From positions 1,184,001 through 1,248,000 of the forward strand of contig OZ219786.1 in assembly GCA_964291285.2 (NCBI GenBank): DNA of 64,000 bases. Reading direction: 5' to 3'. Origin of the DNA: Alphaproteobacteria bacterium. GTDB taxonomy: Bacteria > Pseudomonadota > Alphaproteobacteria > Bin95. Within the stretch, counting starts at the first letter, position 1, and every line of letters starts with the position of its first letter. The notes beneath the pieces were generated by a model. It saw only the letters and a program-made list of their open reading frames with translations, ran no database searches and was not told the origin of the DNA. A program made the translations under genes and the position numbers. Shown in pieces: positions 46,836 to 55,924 of the stretch.

Positions 46836-47311
46836 ACGCCCGCCGCGTCGTTCTCAACGTCAACGGCTCGGTCCGGGAGGTCGAGGCGGACCCGGCGACG
46901 CCGCTGATCTACGTGCTTCGCAACGAACTCGGCCTGGTCGGCGCGAAGCTCGGCTGCGGGCTGGAGCAGTGCGGGGCCTGCGCCGTGATGGCGGACGGCG
47001 AAAAGGTGCTGAGTTGCGTGCGGGCCGTCTTCGAATTCGAAGGGTGCGCGATCACGACGGTGGAGGGCCTTGCGGAGGGCGGGGAGCTCAACCCGGTGCA
47101 GCGCGCCTTCCTGGAGGCCGGCGCGGCCCAATGCGGCTATTGCACGAGCGGGCTGGTCGTCGCGCTGACCGCCTATCTGCAAGCGGCGGAGCACCCGGAC
47201 CGGCGGGGCGCGGTCGAGGCGCTCAGGGGCCACCTCTGCCGCTGCGGCGCGCATGCCGACGTGCTGAGGGCTGTGGACCGGCTCGTCGCGGAGGCGGCCG
47301 ATGGCGGCTAA
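46832..47311 (+). CDS. 2Fe-2S small subunit (CoxS-like)
   Basis: KLGCGLEQCGAC, QCGYCTSG, HLCRCG. Confidence 0.92.
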   Translation: MNARRVVLNVNGSVREVEADPATPLIYVLRNELGLVGAKLGCGLEQCGACAVMADGEKVLSCVRAVFEFEGCAITTVEGLAEGGELNPVQRAFLEAGAAQCGYCTSGLVVALTAYLQAAEHPDRRGAVEALRGHLCRCGAHADVLRAVDRLVAEAADGG

Positions 47312-49442
47312 CCCGAGCCTCCGGGCCAACCCGGCGCTGGACGACTGGCTGGCCTTCGGTCCGGGCGAGACCGTCACCGTGCGCAGCGGCAAGGTCGATA
47401 TCGGCCAGCGCATCTCGACCGCCGCCGCGCTGCTGGTTGCGGACGAGCTCGGCATCGACCCCGGCCGGGTGGAGGCCGCGCGGGTGGAAACCGGCCGCTC
47501 GCCGGACGAGGGCTTCACCTCGGGCAGCCAGTCGATGGCCCAGACGGGCAATGCGGTCCGGCTGGCGGCGGCGACGGCCCGGCGGCACCTGCTGGAGCGG
47601 GCCGCGCGGATGCTCGATGTCGATGTTGCGGCCCTGGAGGTCGATGACGGCGCGATCCACTCGCGCGCCACCAACCGCAAGACGAGCTATTGGGAACTCG
47701 CCGCCGGCGGGCCGTTCGGCATCGACGTCGATCCGGCCGCGCCGCTCAGGCCGCGCGAGGCCCTCGGCCATGTCGGGACCGCCGCGGCGGCGCGGGGGAT
47801 GGAGGCGCTGGTCCGGGGGCGGCCTCATTTCCTCCACGACATGAGCCTGCCCGGCATGCTGCATGCGCGCACGGTGCGGCCGCCGCATTACCATGCGCGG
47901 CTGGCGGCCCTGGACGAAGCCGTGGCCGGGCGCCTCGCTGCGGACGGCGTCGAGGTGGTGCGCGACGGCAGCTTCCTCGCGGTTGCGGCGGCGGACGAAT
48001 ATGCGGCGGTCAGGGCGGCGGAGAGGCTTGCCGCCGCCGCGTCCTGGGATTCGGGCGGCGGGCTTGAGACCCGCGACATCTACGAGAGCCTGCGCGCCAA
48101 CGAACGGGTGAGCCTCCCGGTCGTCGACGGCGCGCCGGTCGAGGCGCCGGTGCCGCCGCCGGCCGATGGCGCCGCGACGCTGGAGGCGCGCTACGAGCGG
48201 CCCTACCAGATGCACGCCTCGCTCGGCCCCTCGGCGGCGCTGGCGGCGTTCGCCGACGGCCGCCTGACGGTCACGACCCACAGCCAGGGCGTCTATGTCC
48301 TGCGCGCCGCGCTGGCGGAGGCGTTCGGCATGGAGCCCGGAGCGGTCCATGTCGTCCACGCGCCGGGGGCCGGCTGCTACGGCCATAACGGCGCCGACGA
48401 CGCCGCCTTCGATGCGGCGCTCATCGCCCGTGCGCTCCCCGGCAGGCCGGTGATGCTCAAATGGACGCGCGGGGAGGAGCACGCCTGGGAGCCTTACGGG
48501 TCCTGCGCCTCGATGGATCTGCGCGCGAGCCTCGACGGCGATGGCAGGATCGCCGCCTGGTCGCACGAGACATACAGCGACACCTATTCCATGCGGCCCC
48601 GCCCCGGCCCCGGCAGGATGGGCGCGGCCCGGCTGCTCTCCGCCCGCTTCCTCGCGGAGCCGCTGGAGCCGCCCGTCATGGGCCCGGCGATGGCGCCCCA
48701 CATGGGCATCCACCGCAATCTGGACCCGCTCTACGACCTGCCGGAGAAGCGCCTTGTGAAGCATCTGGTGCGGGACATGCCGCTCCGGGTCTCGGCGCTG
48801 CGCTCGCTCGGCGCCTACGCCAATGTCTTCGCCATCGAGTCCTTCATGGACGAGCTTGCCGGGGCGGCGGGCTGCGACCCCGTATCCTTCCGGCTCCGCC
48901 ACCTTTCGGACCCGCGCGGCCGCGCCGTCATCGAGGCGGCGGCGGCGCGCCTAGACCCCTCGGGCGCGGACTGCCCGGAAGGCCGGGGGCGCGGGCTCGG
49001 ATTCGCGCGGTACAAGAACAGCGCCGCCTATGCCGCCGTCGTCATGGAAGTCTCGGTGGACGATACCGGCAACATCCGGCTCGAACGCTGCGCCGTCGCC
49101 GCCGATGCCGGCGAGATCGCGGACTGCGCCGGCCTCGCCGCGCAGCTCGAAGGCGGGGTCGTCCAGGCGGCAAGCTGGACGCTGCATGAAGCCGTGGCGT
49201 TCGACCGGGACGGCATTGCCAGCCGCGACTGGGACTCCTACCCGATCCTCGGCTTCGACAATGCGCCCGCGTTCGAAACCGCGCTGATCGACCCCGGCCG
49301 GCATCCGTTCCTCGGCGCCGGGGAAGCCACGGCCGGCCCGACGGCGGCGGCCATCGCCAATGCCGTCTATGCCGCGACGGGGCTCAGGCTGCGGCGGATT
49401 CCCTTCACGCCCGACGAAGTGCGCGCCGCCGCCCTGGCGTAG
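47301..49442 (+). CDS. Molybdopterin oxidoreductase large subunit (xanthine dehydrogenase family)
   Basis: SGKVDIGQRI, GAGCYGHNGADD, LRSLGAYAN, QLEGG, GAGEA. Confidence 0.9.
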   Translation: MAANPSLRANPALDDWLAFGPGETVTVRSGKVDIGQRISTAAALLVADELGIDPGRVEAARVETGRSPDEGFTSGSQSMAQTGNAVRLAAATARRHLLERAARMLDVDVAALEVDDGAIHSRATNRKTSYWELAAGGPFGIDVDPAAPLRPREALGHVGTAAAARGMEALVRGRPHFLHDMSLPGMLHARTVRPPHYHARLAALDEAVAGRLAADGVEVVRDGSFLAVAAADEYAAVRAAERLAAAASWDSGGGLETRDIYESLRANERVSLPVVDGAPVEAPVPPPADGAATLEARYERPYQMHASLGPSAALAAFADGRLTVTTHSQGVYVLRAALAEAFGMEPGAVHVVHAPGAGCYGHNGADDAAFDAALIARALPGRPVMLKWTRGEEHAWEPYGSCASMDLRASLDGDGRIAAWSHETYSDTYSMRPRPGPGRMGAARLLSARFLAEPLEPPVMGPAMAPHMGIHRNLDPLYDLPEKRLVKHLVRDMPLRVSALRSLGAYANVFAIESFMDELAGAAGCDPVSFRLRHLSDPRGRAVIEAAAARLDPSGADCPEGRGRGLGFARYKNSAAYAAVVMEVSVDDTGNIRLERCAVAADAGEIADCAGLAAQLEGGVVQAASWTLHEAVAFDRDGIASRDWDSYPILGFDNAPAFETALIDPGRHPFLGAGEATAGPTAAAIANAVYAATGLRLRRIPFTPDEVRAAALA

Positions 49443-49770
49443 CCGCGCGCTCCTTCCTCCTTCCCCGCGAGCAAAACATGAACAATTTCCAATATTTTTG
49501 ACTTTTGTTCGTGTTTAGATCTTGACATCTGGCGGATTGTGGTATGATGGTCCCCGGGGAAGCGGACTCCGGAACCGCGTCCCCGGGCGCCGCGCGGCCG
49601 GCGGCGCCGCCTTCGAAAAAATACCCGCAATACCGACGGGAGGGGTGCGCCTGCCGCCTCGCGCGCGCAATCAGGCGTGCGAACCGCGCCGGCGCCGGCG
49701 CGCGGGCGCGCACACACGCGAAACGCGCGCGGCAAAGGGTCCGCCGCTCCCGGACCGGAAGGAGACATGG

Positions 49771-50427
49771 ATGACCGCAACCGACCCCCGCCCCGCACTG
49801 GCGGCGGCGCTCGCCGCAAAGCTCGCGCCCGCCGCCGAAGCCCTCGCCGCTGCCTATGCCGAAGACCTGAACCCGGAGCCCCCGCCCCCCGACGACCGCG
49901 CCCGCGCCGAATGCCACCGCGCCGCCCGCGCCCAGCTCGACCACCTGCACAAGCTCCTCGCCCTGCTCGACTGGGCCGGCGCCCACCTGCCCGAACCGCC
50001 CGCCCCGGAACCCGAAGAGGAGCCGTGGGAGCCGCCGCCCCCGGAAGAGGACGATTACGACGGCAGCGAGGACGAGTTCCACTATCGCAGCGAGGTCTAT
50101 GTCGGCAGCCAGGAGACGCCCGAGTTCCGCGCCTGGTATGCCGAGCAGGAGCGCCGCTTCGGACCGCTCGTCCCCGACGAGGCCGAGTATGACGGCAGCG
50201 AGGACGAATACCACCACGGGCGGCGCAAATATGTCGGCAAGCTCAGGACGCCCGAGTTCTACGCATGGCTCGAACGGCTGGACCGCCGCGAAGCCGAAGA
50301 GGAGCGCCAGGAGGAGGAAGCCGAAGCCCGCGCCGCACTCGCACGCACAGCCGCACACGGCGGCGGACGGGAAGACGCCGCAGCGGCGGACCATGACATG
50401 CCGCCGCCGGAACATGACAAAACATGA
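49771..50427 (+). CDS. Acidic hypothetical protein with internal duplication
   Basis: RBS AAGGAG; YDGSEDE..H....YVG...TPEF.AW occurs twice. Confidence 0.6.
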   Translation: MTATDPRPALAAALAAKLAPAAEALAAAYAEDLNPEPPPPDDRARAECHRAARAQLDHLHKLLALLDWAGAHLPEPPAPEPEEEPWEPPPPEEDDYDGSEDEFHYRSEVYVGSQETPEFRAWYAEQERRFGPLVPDEAEYDGSEDEYHHGRRKYVGKLRTPEFYAWLERLDRREAEEERQEEEAEARAALARTAAHGGGREDAAAADHDMPPPEHDKT

Positions 50428-50652
50428 CATTCCATGACACTTCCGGGGGGCCTTGGACCGGATGGTCTCATGCGCCCCTTCGGCAAGCTCGGGACAGGTT
50501 CTTTCGTCCCCCCGGACCTGCCTGCCGCCGCGCAGGCGGTTGCGGGCCGTGCTATGCAAAGCCGACGCTGGAGATATGTGAATCCGGCAGCGGGCGGGGC
50601 AGGGGCTTCCAGGCGGCCGGTGCCGTCATCGGGCCCGGGCCGCCGTTGACAG

Positions 50653-50670
50653 GCAATGTTATGTTATACA
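50653..50670. promoter_or_regulatory. Putative Zur box overlapping promoter
   Basis: GCAATGTTATGTTATACA just after TTGACA, upstream of the metal uptake operon; shares GCAATGTTAT with the reverse complement of the 37404 site. Confidence 0.7.
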
Positions 50671-50730
50671 CTATCGCCCGATGCGCGGTTGGGAGGCCTT
50701 TCGCAACGGAAGGCTGTCGGAGGAACGTCG

Positions 50731-52257
50731 ATGCGTAAAATTGCCGGATTTGTGAGAATGGCGGCCCTCGGGCTGCCGGTGCTGTTTGCCGTCTCGGCGG
50801 CCGAGGCGCAGTCGGGGCCGCCGACGGCGGAGCAACTGGCCGCGCAGATCGACGCGCTGAAGCAGGACTACGAAAAGCGCATCGCGGCGCTCGAAGCCCA
50901 GCTTGCCGGGATGAAGGACAAGCCCCCGGCCGCCGGCCAGAAAGCCGCCCCGGCCTCGAAGCCGCCCATGAAGACCGGCGACAACGCCTTCAACCCGGCG
51001 ATCGGCGTCGTCCTCAACGCCATGTTCACGGACCACTCCCTGGCCGGGGAAGAGGGGGTGGGGCTTCCCGGCTTCCAGCTCGGCCATGAGTCCGGACGCC
51101 TGCCGAAGGGCTTCTCGCTCGGCCACAGCGAATTTTCGATGTCGGGCAATATCGACGACAAGTTCCGCGGGGCTCTCGTGCTCGGCCTCGGCGCCCATGA
51201 CGGCGAGACGGAGGTGGAGCTCGAGGAGGCCTATGTCCAGACCCTGGCCGGCTCGGGCCTGCCCGACGGGACACGGATCAAGGCGGGCCGGGCGCTCTGG
51301 ACCTTCGGCTACCTGAACGAGCAGCACGCGCACAGCGACGATTTCGCCGACCGCCCGCTGCCCTACAAGGCGTTCCTGGACGGCGCCTACAACGATGACG
51401 GGCTGGAGCTTTCGGTCGTGCTTCCGGGCGACATCTACAAGGAGGTCGGCGGCGGCCTCTTCCGCGGCGACGACACGCCCTTCGGCGGCTCCGACTCCGG
51501 CCGCGAAGCCTGGTCCGCCTATGCGCGCATCGGCGGCGATGTCGGCAGCAATTCGGCGCTGCGGCTTGGCGCCTACGTCCTCGACGGCGCCGCCCACGGC
51601 CGCTCCGGCGGCGGCCATGACCATGAGCATGAGGAGGGGCACGGGCACGAAGGTGAGGGCGGTGAACCTGAAGGCGACGTGGCAGACAATGGGGGGGAGG
51701 AAGGACACGAGCATGACCATGCCGAGTTCTTCTCCGACGGCATGTTCACGGGCGACACGCGGCTCCTCGGCGTCGATTTCCGCTACACCTGGGCGCCGAC
51801 GGGCAATGCGCGGGACAGCGAGCTGATCCTCCAGGGCGAGTATTTCCGCCGCAGCGAGTCGGGCGACTACGCGCTGGAAGGGGAGCAACACTGCGACGAA
51901 GTAGTAGGACACGACGGAAACGATCCCACAGTCAAAGACCACGAACACGAATGCCACATGGACGAGGGGGAATCTGAGACCCTCAACGGCGACGCCAGCG
52001 GCTGGTATGCGCAGGCGGTGTACAAGTTCCTGCCGCAGTGGCGGGCCGGCGCCCGTTATGCGCGGCTCTCGCCGCCGAGCGATGCGGATCTGGACGGCGA
52101 CCTCTCGACCATCAGCGCCATGCTCGACTGGACCAACAGCGAGTTCGGGCGGGTCCGCTTCCAGTACAACCGCGAAACCTTCGGCGAGATGCGCGACAAC
52201 CAGTTCATCCTGCAATACATCATGAGCCTCGGCGCGCACGCCGCCCACAGCTTCTGA
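50731..52257 (+). CDS. His-rich outer-membrane beta-barrel of zinc uptake operon
   Basis: Signal peptide, coiled coil, FNPAIGVVL, LEEAYVQT, FGYLNEQHAH, C-terminal GAHAAHSF. Confidence 0.82.
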   Translation: MRKIAGFVRMAALGLPVLFAVSAAEAQSGPPTAEQLAAQIDALKQDYEKRIAALEAQLAGMKDKPPAAGQKAAPASKPPMKTGDNAFNPAIGVVLNAMFTDHSLAGEEGVGLPGFQLGHESGRLPKGFSLGHSEFSMSGNIDDKFRGALVLGLGAHDGETEVELEEAYVQTLAGSGLPDGTRIKAGRALWTFGYLNEQHAHSDDFADRPLPYKAFLDGAYNDDGLELSVVLPGDIYKEVGGGLFRGDDTPFGGSDSGREAWSAYARIGGDVGSNSALRLGAYVLDGAAHGRSGGGHDHEHEEGHGHEGEGGEPEGDVADNGGEEGHEHDHAEFFSDGMFTGDTRLLGVDFRYTWAPTGNARDSELILQGEYFRRSESGDYALEGEQHCDEVVGHDGNDPTVKDHEHECHMDEGESETLNGDASGWYAQAVYKFLPQWRAGARYARLSPPSDADLDGDLSTISAMLDWTNSEFGRVRFQYNRETFGEMRDNQFILQYIMSLGAHAAHSF

Positions 52258-52266
52258 GCCAGGGAG

Positions 52267-53184
52267 ATGAAGATGAAGCGAACGGCGCTGGCGGCCGCGC
52301 TGGCGGCCGCATTGCTGTCGCCGGCGGCGGCGGACGCGGACGTCCGGATCCTCGCCTGCGAACCGGAATGGGCGGCGCTTGCCGAGGAAATCGGCGGCGA
52401 TGACGTCACCGTCCACTCGGCCACCCACGGCCGGCAGGACGCGCACTACATACGCGCCCGCCCCAGCCTGATCGCGAAGGTGCGCAGCGCGAAGATACTG
52501 TTCTGCTCCGGCGCGGACCTAGAAGTCGGCTGGCTGCCGGTGCTGCTGGAGCGGGGCGCGGGGCGCATCGTGCAGCCCGGCCAGCCGGGGCACATCATGG
52601 CGGCGGACCATGTCGAGGTGCTGGAACGGCCCGCGGTCGTGGACCGGAGCCTCGGAGACATCCACCCGGGCGGGAACCCGCATGTCCATCTCGACCCGCG
52701 CAACATGGCCATTCTTGCCGGGGTGCTGACGGAACGGCTGGAGCGGATCGACCCGGAGCGCGCGAAGGCCTACCGGCAGCGCCTGGCGTCCTTCCAGACC
52801 CGCTGGGCCGAAGCCATGGCCGGCTGGCAGGAGCGCGCGGCGGGACTGCGCGGCATGAAGGTGGTCGTCTATCACAAGGCGTGGGTCTATCTGCTGCGCT
52901 GGGCGGAACTGGAGCGGATTGCGGTGCTGGAGCGGGTTTCGGGCGTCCCGCCGACCGCATCGCACCTCGTCGAGGTTCTCGACCAGGTGCGGGACAGCGG
53001 CGCCAGGGCCATTCTCCGCGCGCCCCACGAGCCCGACGACGCCTCGGAGTGGCTCTCGGGCAAGACCGGCATCCCGGTGGTGGACCTGCCCTTCACGGTC
53101 GGCGGCCGCCCGGAGGCGGCGGACCTCTTCTCCCTGTTCGACAGCACGCTGGCCCTGCTCGAGGAGGCCAGAGATCGATCTTGA
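52267..53184 (+). CDS. Zinc ABC transporter substrate-binding protein (ZnuA-like)
   Basis: QDAHYIRARPS, GADLEVGWLP, GDIHPGGNPHVHLDP, YHKAW. Confidence 0.9.
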   Translation: MKMKRTALAAALAAALLSPAAADADVRILACEPEWAALAEEIGGDDVTVHSATHGRQDAHYIRARPSLIAKVRSAKILFCSGADLEVGWLPVLLERGAGRIVQPGQPGHIMAADHVEVLERPAVVDRSLGDIHPGGNPHVHLDPRNMAILAGVLTERLERIDPERAKAYRQRLASFQTRWAEAMAGWQERAAGLRGMKVVVYHKAWVYLLRWAELERIAVLERVSGVPPTASHLVEVLDQVRDSGARAILRAPHEPDDASEWLSGKTGIPVVDLPFTVGGRPEAADLFSLFDSTLALLEEARDRS

Positions 53185-53944
53185 CCTGCTCGATATCCTG
53201 GCGCCCGGCCTTGTCGTCGGGCTGCTGGTCGCGGCCGCCCATGCGCCGCTGGGTATCGAGGTTCTCAAGCGCGGGATCGTGTTCATCGACCTTGCCACCG
53301 CCCAGGTCGTCGGGCTCGCCGTCATCCTGCTCGACCTCTGGCTGGAGGAACCGTCCTGGATCGTGAAGCAGGGCGCGGCGTTCGCGGCCGGCATCGCCAT
53401 CGCGCTGTTCTTTCGCTGGGTCGAGCGCAAGTCGCCGGACGAGCAGGAGGCGGTGATCGGCAGCAGCTTCATCGTCGCCGCCTCGGTGGCCCTGCTGGCG
53501 CTTGCCAACGACCCCCATGGCGGCGAGGCGCTGCGCCATGTGCTGTCCGGCCAGATCCTGTTCGCGTCCTGGCACGACATTGCGGCGTTCCTGCCGATCT
53601 ACGGCCTCTTCGCGGTTCTCTGGCTCGCCGCGCCGCGCCTGCGCGCCGGCGCCGGCTTCTTCGTGCTGTTCGCGCTTGTCGTCACGGCGTCGATGCAGCT
53701 GGTCGGCGTCTATCTGGTGTTCGCAAGCCTCATCCTGCCGGCGCTCGCGGCCCGCTCCGGCAGGGGCTACATCCATTGGCGCGCCTTTGCGAGCGGCGGC
53801 CTGGCCGTCGCCGCGGGCATCTTCATATCGGCGGCCTCCGACCTGCCCGCCGGCCCCCTCCTGGTGGTCTGCTTCGCCGTATCGGCGGCCGGAATGCGGC
53901 TGCTTTACCTGAAGGAGCCGTTGCTGCCCGCTATGCGGCAGTGA
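53181..53944 (+). CDS. Metal ABC transporter permease (ZnuB-like)
   Basis: HAPLGIEVLKRGIVFIDLA, LSGQILF, VGVYLVFASLILPA; TTG overlap start. Confidence 0.88.
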
Positions 53945-54881
53945 CGGATCGCGGCCCGCCGCTTCGCCTGCGGGCCAGTTCGCGAACGGTTTCGGCGAAG
54001 TACCGGAAGGCGGAAAAGTCCCATGCCGATATGCGGGACACCAGGCCGGCGCGGAAGCGGGCCGTCCCGAACTCGAGCGGCAGGGGCTTGAGGCGAAGTC
54101 CGGGAAGCCTGTCGAGAAAGGTGACGGGAAGCCTGGACAGATACGGCCCCGTGCCCATCAGGGCGAGGCCGGCGGGGCCGGCGCGGACGACGACGCGCAC
54201 ATGTCTGCCGGTCCTGGCGGCGATTTCGTCAAGGAGCCCGGCCAGCGGCGAGCGGCCGTCGTCGTCCCGCGTCCTGGCGGGAGCCTCGCAATCGATCCAG
54301 GGCCATTCCGTCAGGTCGCTGCAGGTCACGTCGCCGGCGTGCAGCGGATGGTCGGACCGGGCGACGATGCGTGACGTCATGTCGAGAAAGCTCTCGCGCC
54401 GGAGGATTGCCGGAAGCTGGCGGTCGATATCGATGCGCCCGCAATGGAGGTCGCTTTCGCCGTTCACGAGCAGCCGGATGCCCTCCAGGAACGTCATGGC
54501 GTGCAGCCTCAGTTCGACATCCGGAAAGGCGTCGTGAAACCGGGCGACGGCCTCGGGCAGCACGGCCTGCATCCAGGTCGGGCCGGCCGTGACCCGAAGG
54601 CCGTTCGTATGGCCTGTCAGCGCCGATCTGATCGTTCCCTCGGCGGTCTCCATCTCGCCCAGGATGTGGCGGGCCTGCTCGGCGACCGTAGCGCCGAATT
54701 CGGTGAGGCGGACGCCCGTCGGGAGCCGTTCGAAGAGCTTCCCGCCAAATGAGGCCTCGAGCCGGGCGATGGCGCGCGAGAGGGCCGGCTGCGTTATCGC
54801 AATCCGGTCCGCCGCGCCCAGAACCGTGCCGGTTTCCGCGACGGCGAGGAATTTCCTGAGGTCGCTGCGCTTTTCGAACAT
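53931..54881 (-). CDS. LysR-family transcriptional regulator
   Basis: FLAVAETG..AA..ITQPALSRAIARLE..LFERLPTGVRLT. Confidence 0.93.
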   Translation of the reverse strand: MFEKRSDLRKFLAVAETGTVLGAADRIAITQPALSRAIARLEASFGGKLFERLPTGVRLTEFGATVAEQARHILGEMETAEGTIRSALTGHTNGLRVTAGPTWMQAVLPEAVARFHDAFPDVELRLHAMTFLEGIRLLVNGESDLHCGRIDIDRQLPAILRRESFLDMTSRIVARSDHPLHAGDVTCSDLTEWPWIDCEAPARTRDDDGRSPLAGLLDEIAARTGRHVRVVVRAGPAGLALMGTGPYLSRLPVTFLDRLPGLRLKPLPLEFGTARFRAGLVSRISAWDFSAFRYFAETVRELARRRSGGPRSVTAA

Positions 54882-55399
54882 GCCGGTCGTTCTCCTTGCG
54901 GCAGCTCGGGAGTAGGTTCTGACACTAACTTAGGTATATTGATCCGGATAATTAAGGACATAGTTGCCGAAAATTCATAAATATGAATACAATTTCTTGA
55001 TCACACCTGATGTCCATAACATTAACTTTGTTGCCCGATTAGTTTTTCTTGGAATACAGGAAACCCTGTCGTTTCCGCCAGTCTTGTTGAATTCCTACCC
55101 TATGCAGCTCGTGCATGAAAATTCCTTCATCGGCATTTCCTGAAGAGAAATCCGGCTGGTGGTCTTGGGGGCCCGATTTCCCGTTTTACGGGGCCTTCTC
55201 ATGAACAAGATATCGGGCTCGCCATCTCACTGACGTTGCACCGGCGGCCGGGCCTCAAGCCGGGCCATGCCCGGGCGGATGACCGTCGAAACCCGGGCGT
55301 CGGACGCGGCGTTCCACACCGAGATACGCCGCTCGCAGGGCCTCTGGGTCCACCGCAGCTTCATCGCCCGGTAACGCAGGCCGGGCGGCAGTCGGCCCG

Positions 55400-55924
55400 C
55401 TATCCGCTGCGGATTGCCGCCAGGATCGGCGCGATGGCGCGCTCGGCGATGTCCGCCAGCTCTTCCGGTGTGCGGTTCTGGATCGGGTGGTCCACGAACA
55501 CCACGGCCGGGCGCACGCCCATGGCGTCGGCCTGCGCGGCTGCGGCGTCCCGGAACTCGACGGTCGCTATCGCGCAGCCGGGCATCCCCAGGCGGTCGAG
55601 CTCGCTCATGTCATGCAAACTGCACGACGTGCACGAGCCTCAGTCCGCAAGCCCTTCGACAACGATGTCGCAGCGCTCCACGAGGTCCTGGATGACGCCG
55701 CGGGGCGCGGGCTTGGTGTGCGTCGGCTTGGCGAAGCGCAGCACCTTCAGGCCCTGCGCCGCCAGCCGGTCCTCGACGGAGTCGAGAAACTCCACCGAGC
55801 GCTCCTTGCCGATGGAAAGCAGGCCGATGGTGAGCCCGTCGAGACTCTCCGGCGGCACGACGGGCTGGCGCATCGCCGGCTCCGTCTCCGCCGTCGGGTC
55901 CCGCATCGCATAGGGTTCCGTCAT
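55400..55924 (-). CDS. UGSC-family selenoprotein (in-frame TGA at 55640-55642)
   Basis: ...VEGLAD-TGA-GSCTSCSLHD... continues in frame to 55400; hairpin just downstream of the TGA. Confidence 0.88.
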
